This document shows, piece by piece, positions 1-7,874 of a stretch of DNA of 64,000 nucleotides. The stretch comes from Bacteroidales bacterium (lineage in GTDB: Bacteria > Bacteroidota > Bacteroidia > Bacteroidales > VadinHA17), in NCBI GenBank assembly GCA_041303415.1, contig JBFYPG010000187.1, positions 9,902-73,901 on the forward strand, read 5' to 3'. How positions within the stretch are numbered: position 1 is the first letter of the stretch; each line of letters starts with the position of its first letter. Made by a program: the position numbers and the translations under genes. The notes beneath the pieces are model-generated. The model did not search any database. It was not told the origin of the DNA and worked only from the letters and a program-made list of their open reading frames with translations.

Positions 1-1
1 C

Positions 2-217
2 GGCATTACTGTATTTGTAACCACGCATTATATGGATGAAGCCGAATATTGCGACAGGATTTCTATTATGAGCGATGGTAAGATAGTAGCGCTGGATACA
101 CCTGAAGGACTTAAGAAAAGATATAATGCGGAGTCGGTTGAGGAGGTATTTGTAAGAATAGCCAGACCCCCCTGCCCCCACTTCGCTCCGCTCAGTGCGA
201 GCTCTGAAGGGGGTTAA
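2..217 (+). CDS. ABC transporter ATP-binding protein, C-terminal fragment (5' end lies outside the window)
   Basis: Frame 2 is open from nt 2 (GITVFVTTHYMDEAEYCDRISIMSDGKIVALDTPEGLKKRY...VEEVFVRIA), which is typical of the region after the H-loop in ABC ATPases. Two ABC-2 permease genes follow directly. The last 17 codons (RPPCPHFAPLSASSEGG) are encoded by a GC-rich hairpin element. Confidence 0.85.
   Translation, partial: GITVFVTTHYMDEAEYCDRISIMSDGKIVALDTPEGLKKRYNAESVEEVFVRIARPPCPHFAPLSASSEGG
166..213. repeat. GC-rich imperfect hairpin element overlapping the 3' end of the ABC ATPase CDS
   Basis: CCCC-A-CTTC GCTCCGC TCAGT GCGAGC TCT GAAG GGGG (about 175-213) can fold with small bulges. It shares the word GAAGGGGGTT with the hairpin at 56042-56071. 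No T-run follows it. Confidence 0.45.
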
Positions 218-245
218 AACCCGGATCTAATTAATTATTGAGTAA

Positions 246-1355
246 ATGAAGCGGTTCATCGGATTTGTCAAAAAAGAGTTCCTGCATATCTTCCGGGATT
301 TCCGGACACTGATAATACTTTTCGGGATACCGACTGCGCAGATACTCATTTTTGGTTTTGTTGTCAGCACTGATATCAAGGATGCAGGAGTGGCATTTCT
401 CGACCTTTCAAAAGATGAAGTGACCTGCCAGATATCAGATAAAATATGTTCATCCGGTTTTTTCAGAAAGTCATCTGATCTGAATAACTATGATGAGATC
501 GACCTGGTTATGAAAAGCGGAAGCGCAAAAGCTGTAGTCGTTTTCGGAGCAGGTTTCGGGCATGATCTTATCAGCCGGAATAAGGCAACGATGAGCATAA
601 TCGCTGATGGATCCGAGCCCAATACCGCTACACTTATCACCAGTTACATGTCAGCCATCGTAACAGACTTCAACCGGGAATTTGCAGGAAGCTCCCTTAG
701 CGGTAATCTTCTTGTACAGCCTGAAGTAAGAATGTATTATAATCCGGAAATGAAAGGTCATTTCATGTTTGTTCCGGGTGTTATAACGTTGATACTGACA
801 CTGATCTGTGCGCTTATGACTTCAGTAACGATCACCAGGGAAAAGGAATTCGGAACAATGGAAGTGCTTCTTGTTTCACCTCTGAAGCCACTGCAGATAA
901 TCCTGGGAAAAGTGACGCCATATTTTCTGCTTTCATTCATCAATGTGATATTCATTATCCTGCTTTCTTATTTTGTATTTGACCTGCCTGTAAAAGGGAG
1001 CCTCCTCCTTTTGCTGGCAGAGAGCATGCTGTACATCTTAATGAGCCTTTCATTAGGAATCCTGATTTCAGCTGTCTCAAGTACAATCCAGCAGGCAATT
1101 TTCATGTCCTTCCTTGGGTTGATGCTGCCTACCATTCTTCTGTCCGGCTTTATCTTCCCGCTGGAAAACATGCCAGAAGCCTACGATTGGGTAAGTGCAA
1201 TATTCCCTCCAAGATATTTCATTGTGATAATTAAAAATATAATGATCAAGGGTACGAGCTTTTTATTTGTGTGGAAAGAGACTCTCATACTCACGGTCAT
1301 GACTATCCTGTTTATAGGGCTTAGTGTAAGGAATTTCAAGTTAAGACTGCAATGA
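246..1355 (+). CDS. ABC-2 type transporter permease (YbhS/YbhR-like)
   Basis: 369-aa ORF. The N-terminus is MKRFIGFVKKEFLHIFRDFRTLIILFG. It has a large loop after TM1 and a C-terminal cluster of hydrophobic TM segments. It is a paralogue of the next gene and lies 28 nt after the ATPase stop. Confidence 0.85.
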   Translation: MKRFIGFVKKEFLHIFRDFRTLIILFGIPTAQILIFGFVVSTDIKDAGVAFLDLSKDEVTCQISDKICSSGFFRKSSDLNNYDEIDLVMKSGSAKAVVVFGAGFGHDLISRNKATMSIIADGSEPNTATLITSYMSAIVTDFNREFAGSSLSGNLLVQPEVRMYYNPEMKGHFMFVPGVITLILTLICALMTSVTITREKEFGTMEVLLVSPLKPLQIILGKVTPYFLLSFINVIFIILLSYFVFDLPVKGSLLLLLAESMLYILMSLSLGILISAVSSTIQQAIFMSFLGLMLPTILLSGFIFPLENMPEAYDWVSAIFPPRYFIVIIKNIMIKGTSFLFVWKETLILTVMTILFIGLSVRNFKLRLQ

Positions 1356-1383
1356 GGCGAACAACTGGTTTAATTCAATAAGG

Positions 1384-2502
1384 ATGAGGACAATATTATA
1401 TCTGATAAGAAAAGAGTTTCTGCAGATATTCCGTGATAAATTCATCAGCAGGGCTATCATCGGAGTACCAATTGTTCAGTTGCTTATCCTTGTTCCGGCA
1501 GTGACTTTCGAGATAAAAAATGTAAGGCTTTGCCTGATCGACAGAGACATGTCGGCTGATTCAAGAGCATTGATAAGCCAGCTGGAAGGATCAACATTCT
1601 TTAAGATGAAGTATTCCACTTTCTCCGAAGAAGAGGCAAATAACCTCATGCACAATAATAAATGTGATCTTATTCTTCATATTCCATCAGAATTCGGAAA
1701 GAACATCGGATCAGGTAGGCCGGGGAAAGTCCTGGCTACAATAAATGCAATAAATGCAACTACGGCACAGCTCTCGTGGGCATACCTGAATGGAGTGCTC
1801 CGCGACTACAACAGGAATATACTGCTTGAAAATGCAGGAGATATGGTGATTACATCCATCCCGCAGATCGATATCACAAACAGATTCTGGTATAATGAGC
1901 TGCTGAACTACAAGTATTATATGCTTCCGGGAATACTGGGCATCCTTGTTACTGCTATCGGATTCCTGCTGGCGGGGCTTAACCTGGTAAAGGAAAAGGA
2001 GGCAGGAACAATAGAGCAGATAAATGTTACTCCTGTAAGGAAACATCAGTTTATCATTTCTAAGATGGTCCCCTTCCTTATAATCGGGCTGATCGACCTG
2101 TCACTGGGTCTCATAATCGGGAAGATTTTCTTTGATATCCCATTTGAAGGGAGCCTCGGTTTGCTGTTTGCCGGCTCCGCAATATTTCTGGTCGCAGTCC
2201 TTGGCCTGGCACTCTTTATTTCAACATTTTCTTCCACTCAGCAGCAGTACATGTTCATTGCCTTCTTCTTCATGATAATTTTCATTCTCATGAGCGGGAT
2301 CTTTACACCACTTGAAAGCATGCCGGAATGGGCGCAGAAATTTGATATCATTAACCCTATGGCTTACCTGATGCGCATCAACAGGATGGTTATGCTGAAA
2401 GGATCAACATTTACTGATATAAGCAGGGATATCTGGGCCCTCATTATTATTGCAGTTGTATTTACTGCGCTGGCTGTGAACCGCTACCGTAAAACGGCTT
2501 AG
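1384..2502 (+). CDS. ABC-2 type transporter permease (second subunit)
   Basis: 372-aa ORF. MRTILYLIRKEFLQIFRDKF parallels the previous permease, and the architecture is the same (TM1, large loop, 5 C-terminal TM segments). The stop TAG is at 2500-2502. Confidence 0.85.
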   Translation: MRTILYLIRKEFLQIFRDKFISRAIIGVPIVQLLILVPAVTFEIKNVRLCLIDRDMSADSRALISQLEGSTFFKMKYSTFSEEEANNLMHNNKCDLILHIPSEFGKNIGSGRPGKVLATINAINATTAQLSWAYLNGVLRDYNRNILLENAGDMVITSIPQIDITNRFWYNELLNYKYYMLPGILGILVTAIGFLLAGLNLVKEKEAGTIEQINVTPVRKHQFIISKMVPFLIIGLIDLSLGLIIGKIFFDIPFEGSLGLLFAGSAIFLVAVLGLALFISTFSSTQQQYMFIAFFFMIIFILMSGIFTPLESMPEWAQKFDIINPMAYLMRINRMVMLKGSTFTDISRDIWALIIIAVVFTALAVNRYRKTA

Positions 2503-5500
2503 TTATATCCTTATTCCCAGGATGATAATGTCGTCGATCTGTCCTATATGTTCACAATCGCGGGAGGGATAATTGATCCATTCATCAAGGATTTTTTCAA
2601 AGGCTTCTTTCTGACTGCTCATATCCAGGCTCTGGTTTTCGAGGAGCATTTTGGTGAACCTTGGTTTCATGAATTTCCTGCCGTCAGGTCCTCCGAACTG
2701 ATCGCAAAAGCCGTCGGAGAAGAGGTAAATTGTATCTCCTTTTCTTATTTCTGTTTCATTCATGGTGAAATCACTCATTCTTGAATAGACCCCGACAGGC
2801 ATAACATCAGCTCTTTTTTCAAGCAATTCATACACGTTGTCAACTTTCCTTATAAGCACCATCGGATTATTTGCACCTGCAAACTGAAGCAGGTTCTTCT
2901 TTAAGTCTATTGAGCATAATGCCATATCCATTCCATCCTTGCTGGTTTCATAGTCACCTTTCTGTTTCAGCGAAAGGATCACATTCTCACGAAGCTCATT
3001 CAATACCCTGTCGGCCTGGACTATCCCGTTTTCATTCACTATCTTATTCAGAAAACTTACTCCCAGCATGCTCATGAATGCTCCCGGAACACCGTGACCT
3101 GTACAATCTGCTGCAGTAAATATGACATGATCGCCTTTTTTTGACATCCAGTAAAAGTCGCCGCTTACAATGTCTTTCGGACGGAAGAGTATGAAATAGT
3201 CGCTGAAGTGGTTTTTAAGAATAGACTCATCCGGAAGGACTGCTTTCTGGATCGTCTTGGCGTATTGTATGCTGTCAGTTATCTCCTTCTTCTGATAGGT
3301 AACGATATCTCTCTGCCTGGCAATCTCATCCTTCTGTTCAACCACCTCCCGTGTGCGTTCTTCAACTATTTTTTCCAGCTTGACTTTTTCATCGATGAGC
3401 TTTTTCTCACGGTATCTGATGAATAGTATAATTGCTGAAGCGGCTGACAGGACAGACAATACAATGAACCATTTTGTCCTCCAGAAGGGAGGCTTGATAA
3501 TGAATAAATACTGTACGGGATCACCGGTCACCCCGAATTTATTTTTTGCCCTAACATAAAAGGTGTAATTGCCCGGACGAAGGTCTGAAGATGTCACGCT
3601 TCGTGAAGAAATGTAAGGCGACCATTCCCCGGACCCATTCCTTTCAAGTCGGTAGGAGAATGTAATATCACCTGGATTACTGAAGGAGAGTCCTGTAAAA
3701 TCGAAGGTTACATGATTATCCTTATGTGACAGTTGAAGGTTTTCCGGCAGGTCATACCACTTGCCTGTTGAAATATTTCTTGAATTCCAGTCCACTTCCT
3801 CAAAAAACAGTTTGACAGAGGTAATATGTGTTTTCGGCTGAACTGCAAGGTTCTCACTTATTGAGGGATTGAACCGTATCATTCCGTTCTTTGTCCCGAA
3901 CCAGATCATGCCGTCTTTATCCCTGGCTACTGAATTTGTGTTATTCTCCCCCCCGGTGAATCCGTCGCTGTTACCGTATGGGGTTACCTTTGCAACAGAC
4001 AGGTCTTCATTAAGTTCGATAAGATCAAACCCTTTATCCGTGCCAGCGATTAAGCTATGATTGCCGATGAACAGGAGTGAGTTCACTGTCCCGGAGGAGA
4101 GGAGACCTTTTGTTGCCAGCAATGATATGGGGAGAGAGTCTGCGTCAATATCAAACCTGTAAATACCCCCGCCGAATGTGCCGATCCAGATATTGCCGGC
4201 GGGATCTTCAGCAAGCGCATTTATCCTCAGGAAATCAAGGCCGTCTTCTTCATCAAAATCAGTATATATCTTATTTTCAAGCTTTACCAGCCCGCCGAAT
4301 GTTCCAATCCATATCCTCCCTCCTGAATCTTCGATTATAGTCTGAATTTCGTTATGAATCAGACCGTCATCTTCGCTCATTGTTCCGATCCTGTCTGCGG
4401 AGAATTCTGCATAACCTCCGCTGGTGCCTGCCCATAGTTTGTCGTCGCTTCCCGCCAGCAGGGTATTCACCTTGCTGTTGGGCAACCTGTAGTTATATTC
4501 GAATTCTGAAACGATTTTGCCATTAAAGACATTGATGCCATTGTTTGTACCTATATGTATATTTCCATGATACCTGGCTATGCATGTTGCCCCGGCATCA
4601 TTGAGTCCCTGAGCCAGTGAGTAGTGTTTCAGTTTTTGTATTTTATCGCCCGATTTTCTGAACGATGTAAATCCCTCCTCTGTGGCAGTATAGAGTGTCT
4701 CATCAGGGTCAAAAAAGATGCTGAGGACCTGGTTTCCGGTTACACCTTCAGCGGCACCGTAGGAAAGGAATTTTTCGTTGCTGTACATAATAGCACCCTG
4801 ACCGTATGAGGCGAGCCAGGTATTTTCCTCATTATCCTCCATGATGCCAAGTATTTGATTTGAAGGCAGTCCGTTATTCCTGTTGAATTCACCAGTAACT
4901 TTATCTTCCCTTAGCCTGATAATTCCGTTTTTGTCGGTTGCAAGCCAGGTTTCACCGTTCTTTCCGTCCAGGATATCCCACACTATGAGTCCGCGGAAAG
5001 AGCTATTTACTGAAGATTCCACTATTTCAAATTCAGCACCGTCTTCACCGGGAATTGCTTTAAAAAGTCCGTCACCGAGACTTCCAAGCCAGAACGTACC
5101 GTTATCACCCGGTTCAACTGAGAGAATGATGTCGGTTGGGATGATTGGGTCTTCAATACTCTCTATTTCAAGGGTGTCTGACCCTGAAAAGGTTAGGATA
5201 TTAACGCCTCCGACCATTGCAAGCCAGAGACGTTTTGCAGGATCCTCATATATATCAAAAATGAAGTTGCTGATTAGACCGTCGTCAATGGTGAAGTCTT
5301 TTATTTTGAGAGAATCGCCTGGCTGAATGGCAATAAGCCCGTTGCTGTTTGTTCCGATCCAGATTATGCCATTACTCCCTTCAGTTATTTTCATGACTGA
5401 TGTCCCTGACAATCTCTGCCTTTCAGTGAAAACAGAGAATTTCTGACCGTCATATAGTGTGAGGCCGGTAAATGTGCCTATCCAGAGATTGCCGCGGCTG

Positions 5501-5763
5501 TCCTCGCAGAGAGAGCGGATAACATTATCAGAAAGGCCGTCAGCTTTGGTGAAAGTTTCGAACCTCGTCCCATCGAAGCGGACAAGTCCGCCGCCATCGG
5601 TCCCCATCCAGATGAATCCCCTGCTATCCTGCAGAAGACAATAGACTGTCGATTGCGGAAGACCTTCCTCAACCGAATACTTTCTGAAAAAATACTGCTG
5701 TGCTTCAGCTTCTGAAAAACAGAGGCACAGCAAACATATCAATGTCAGGATTCTTTTCAGCAT
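2503..5763 (-). CDS. Transmembrane sensor phosphatase: signal peptide, two-component-regulator propeller repeats, Y_Y_Y domain, TM helix, coiled coil and a SpoIIE/PP2C phosphatase domain
   Basis: 1,086 aa. The N-terminal half has repeated G-L-x-x-N-x-I-x-x-I-x-E-D-x-x-G-x-(I/L)-W-I-G-T units (Reg_prop-like). ITFSYRLERNGSGEWSPY...GNYTFYVRAKN is Y_Y_Y-like. The TM helix is WFIVLSVLSAASAIILFI, followed by a Lys/Glu-rich coiled coil. The C-terminus SGDFYWMSKKGDHVIFTAADCTGHGVPGAFMSMLG...LFSDGFCDQFGG is SpoIIE/PP2C-like. The start codon lies 5 nt downstream of the caspase-gene stop. Confidence 0.85.
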   Translation of the reverse strand: MLKRILTLICLLCLCFSEAEAQQYFFRKYSVEEGLPQSTVYCLLQDSRGFIWMGTDGGGLVRFDGTRFETFTKADGLSDNVIRSLCEDSRGNLWIGTFTGLTLYDGQKFSVFTERQRLSGTSVMKITEGSNGIIWIGTNSNGLIAIQPGDSLKIKDFTIDDGLISNFIFDIYEDPAKRLWLAMVGGVNILTFSGSDTLEIESIEDPIIPTDIILSVEPGDNGTFWLGSLGDGLFKAIPGEDGAEFEIVESSVNSSFRGLIVWDILDGKNGETWLATDKNGIIRLREDKVTGEFNRNNGLPSNQILGIMEDNEENTWLASYGQGAIMYSNEKFLSYGAAEGVTGNQVLSIFFDPDETLYTATEEGFTSFRKSGDKIQKLKHYSLAQGLNDAGATCIARYHGNIHIGTNNGINVFNGKIVSEFEYNYRLPNSKVNTLLAGSDDKLWAGTSGGYAEFSADRIGTMSEDDGLIHNEIQTIIEDSGGRIWIGTFGGLVKLENKIYTDFDEEDGLDFLRINALAEDPAGNIWIGTFGGGIYRFDIDADSLPISLLATKGLLSSGTVNSLLFIGNHSLIAGTDKGFDLIELNEDLSVAKVTPYGNSDGFTGGENNTNSVARDKDGMIWFGTKNGMIRFNPSISENLAVQPKTHITSVKLFFEEVDWNSRNISTGKWYDLPENLQLSHKDNHVTFDFTGLSFSNPGDITFSYRLERNGSGEWSPYISSRSVTSSDLRPGNYTFYVRAKNKFGVTGDPVQYLFIIKPPFWRTKWFIVLSVLSAASAIILFIRYREKKLIDEKVKLEKIVEERTREVVEQKDEIARQRDIVTYQKKEITDSIQYAKTIQKAVLPDESILKNHFSDYFILFRPKDIVSGDFYWMSKKGDHVIFTAADCTGHGVPGAFMSMLGVSFLNKIVNENGIVQADRVLNELRENVILSLKQKGDYETSKDGMDMALCSIDLKKNLLQFAGANNPMVLIRKVDNVYELLEKRADVMPVGVYSRMSDFTMNETEIRKGDTIYLFSDGFCDQFGGPDGRKFMKPRFTKMLLENQSLDMSSQKEAFEKILDEWINYPSRDCEHIGQIDDIIILGIRI

Positions 5764-5768
5764 CCTTC

Positions 5769-7601
5769 CTATTTGAGCATAAAAATGAACTGGCCTCCTG
5801 CGTCACCGGCATTCCTGATGGGGCTGTAGAGAGGTGTCTGGTATGAATTATTCACAACAGGTATCTTCAGCGATTCAAAGACCTGACCGGCATCAAGATA
5901 TTTTTCCGAGTTATTTGTAAGTGCCTGCAGGAAATAGTATGCAAATACCGAATGCCCCTCCTTGCCTTTGTCCATAACAGGTTCCACGCCTCCGGAAGTA
6001 AGGGCTTTCCTGCTGTTCAGGGAATATACCTTCTGATAGTATTTGGTTGAATTCTCATAAGGGATGGTCATTGTTTTCCCCCTGAAAATATCGCCGCTGA
6101 AGCAGGCATCAGTGACAAGAAGAGTGTGTTTCGAATTTATTCCCGAGAGGAACGACCTGATATCCTCATTGGAGATATATTTTGAAATGGTTTTCGATGC
6201 GGCATCGATGGGCACCCAGAATCCCTTATCCATATTCTGCAGGTACTCGCCATGCCCCGAGTAATAAATAAAGACGTTGTCGTTAACCTTCACATTCTGC
6301 ATCAGCCATTCAAACTCCTTAAGGATATTGTCACGCGTAGCATCCTTGTTATAAAGGGCTTTCAGATAATGGAACGTATATTTTGAGGAGAGGGTTGTCG
6401 CAACGCTTTTTGCATCATTGACGGCATTCTGGAGCTGGGGCCATTCTCCCGAATACTGATCTATTCCTATAATAAGCGCGTAATACTCTCCTACCTGTAC
6501 CGACTTCATCGCCTGGGCAACGTTGAGTCCCTTGAGCGGATCATTCCCTCCCCGGAATTCGCTGAAGTTCTGTGCCAGCGACTTATCGATCTCCTTCCTG
6601 ACAGGCTTATCGACTTCGACTGACAGATCGAGATCATTTACATTTGTAATGTCGGCGCCGGTAATTTCAAATTTTACAGGGATTACAGAGTCGGCGTAAT
6701 TTTTTGTAGCGAAGAACTGAAGTGTCAGCAGCTGTTCTTCACCAGCTTTAAGGGATTGAACTTTTTTGAAATCGACCACCTCAACATTATCCGGCACCCT
6801 GTAGCTGATCTGCAGGTCGGAGGCATCCTTGTTTCCCACGTTGGTCACATTTACGGTAAGTGTCACCGCTTTGCCCACTGCGACCTTATCATTAGTTGTA
6901 ATGAATTTGTAATCCATTATCAGAACCTTTGATTTTTCAGCTTCAGTCTCATCGAGGTATGCGATATCAATATGATCGATCATGATGGTCGAATTGTCGC
7001 CTACCTGGAAGCCCAGGAGGTTTCCGAAGAAAGGCTCAAAGGGCATTGAGTGCACCAGTTTTTCGTTAAGGAAGAAATAGTATTTATCTGCCACTTTCCG
7101 CACCGTAAGTTTGTTGAAAGCGTACCTGTTGACATCATCTGAAATTGTGAACGGAACATAATCCCGGAATTGCCCGTCATATTTGTCGATGGTGAAATGA
7201 CCGCCCCCGGTAAGCAGGAAGTCATATTGACGGACAGGGTTGACTGATTTACCCCATTGGAGTCCATAACCTTTATCCATCATTCCCTCCACGAAACGGA
7301 TTGAAGTCTCGATCTCAAAATCGCGTTTCTGATCGATGATGGCAGGCAGCAGGTCTTCCTTTGACTTGTTTGTCAGTGACTGGAAGACCAGTTTGCCGTC
7401 CTCGATGCTTTCTGACCAGCTGTTTTCCTCTATCCCGAGCAGCCAGTAGTTGCTGAATTTGCTGAAGTCGTCCTGCAGGATGTACTGTTTCTTGAGCTCT
7501 CTGCTAAAGCTGTAATATGCAGGCGTGGCCTTCTCCTGGGCATAAATCACAGCGGCTGACAGGAAGAGGGAGACTGCACATAAGATTTTTCTTGGTGACA
7601 T
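5769..7601 (-). CDS. Exported caspase-family (peptidase C14, orthocaspase-like) protein with N-terminal lectin/LamG-like and CARDB/Ig-like regions
   Basis: 610 aa. The signal peptide is MSPRKILCAVSLFLSAAVIYAQ. The C-terminal ~240 aa read YYALIIGIDQY...AVNDA...VFIYYSGHGEY (His codon at 6252-6254) and HTLLVTDACFSGDIF (Cys codon at 6102-6104), giving a caspase His/Cys dyad in canonical order. The middle segment VGKAVTLTVNVTNVGNKDASDLQISYRVPDN is CARDB-like. Confidence 0.8.
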   Translation of the reverse strand: MSPRKILCAVSLFLSAAVIYAQEKATPAYYSFSRELKKQYILQDDFSKFSNYWLLGIEENSWSESIEDGKLVFQSLTNKSKEDLLPAIIDQKRDFEIETSIRFVEGMMDKGYGLQWGKSVNPVRQYDFLLTGGGHFTIDKYDGQFRDYVPFTISDDVNRYAFNKLTVRKVADKYYFFLNEKLVHSMPFEPFFGNLLGFQVGDNSTIMIDHIDIAYLDETEAEKSKVLIMDYKFITTNDKVAVGKAVTLTVNVTNVGNKDASDLQISYRVPDNVEVVDFKKVQSLKAGEEQLLTLQFFATKNYADSVIPVKFEITGADITNVNDLDLSVEVDKPVRKEIDKSLAQNFSEFRGGNDPLKGLNVAQAMKSVQVGEYYALIIGIDQYSGEWPQLQNAVNDAKSVATTLSSKYTFHYLKALYNKDATRDNILKEFEWLMQNVKVNDNVFIYYSGHGEYLQNMDKGFWVPIDAASKTISKYISNEDIRSFLSGINSKHTLLVTDACFSGDIFRGKTMTIPYENSTKYYQKVYSLNSRKALTSGGVEPVMDKGKEGHSVFAYYFLQALTNNSEKYLDAGQVFESLKIPVVNNSYQTPLYSPIRNAGDAGGQFIFMLK

Positions 7602-7874
7602 GACTTTTATATTAAAACTAATTCAATATTCAAGATTCAAAATTCAAGATTCAAAATTTCAGGTTGCTTGTACCTGTAGAATTCAGCAAAAAAAGAGCCA
7701 AAGAATAAAAGTACTAATTTTAAAGGACATATGTAATAAAATAGGGTGAATTTCCATTGCTGGCAATGGTTCGTTCATGACCTGAAAGGGTGTGCTCGTC
7801 AAAAAATGGACGCTGTTCTTGGAAAAACTGCGAATTCTCCGTAAATTTTAAAGTTTTTTTCTACAACCTGTCCT
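7602..7874. promoter_or_regulatory. Divergent intergenic region that must contain the promoters of the caspase/sensor operon (-) and the giant gene (+)
   Basis: A 273-bp AT-rich spacer lies between divergent start codons at 7601 (-) and 7875 (+). It contains a 7-bp-periodic tract ATTCAAN x about 6 at 7621-7662. TA-rich/TTTT words sit 20-35 nt upstream of 7875 (TAAATTTTA at about 7842-7850) and are only near-matches to the Bacteroidetes TAnnTTTG -7 box. The exact promoters are not resolved. Confidence 0.45.
7621..7662. repeat. Heptad tandem tract ATTCAA[T/G/A] x about 6 (equivalently a 14-mer TTCAAGATTCAAAA x 2 at 7629-7656)
   Basis: Read directly: ATTCAAT ATTCAAG ATTCAAA ATTCAAG ATTCAAA ATTTCAG. 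It begins 20 nt upstream of the caspase-gene start codon. Confidence 0.8.

Noticed and set aside
2-2502. Whether the ABC transporter at the window start is a T1SS exporter for the acidic, Ca-binding giant protein (RTX-like logic).
   Set aside because: The permeases are ABC-2 (YbhS/YbhR-like) type and are not HlyB-like fused TMD-NBD proteins. The giant protein has an N-terminal Sec signal and a T9SS CTD, and it lacks GGxGxD nonapeptides or a C-terminal T1SS signal. The caspase/sensor operon also separates the transporter from the giant gene.
2497-2508. The convergent permease and sensor-phosphatase genes abut with zero intergenic nucleotides (TAG ends at 2502, and the complement of TAA starts at 2503).
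   Set aside because: This was verified in the sequence, but it is a compact-genome curiosity rather than a system. There is no room for a terminator, and no further signal could be interpreted.
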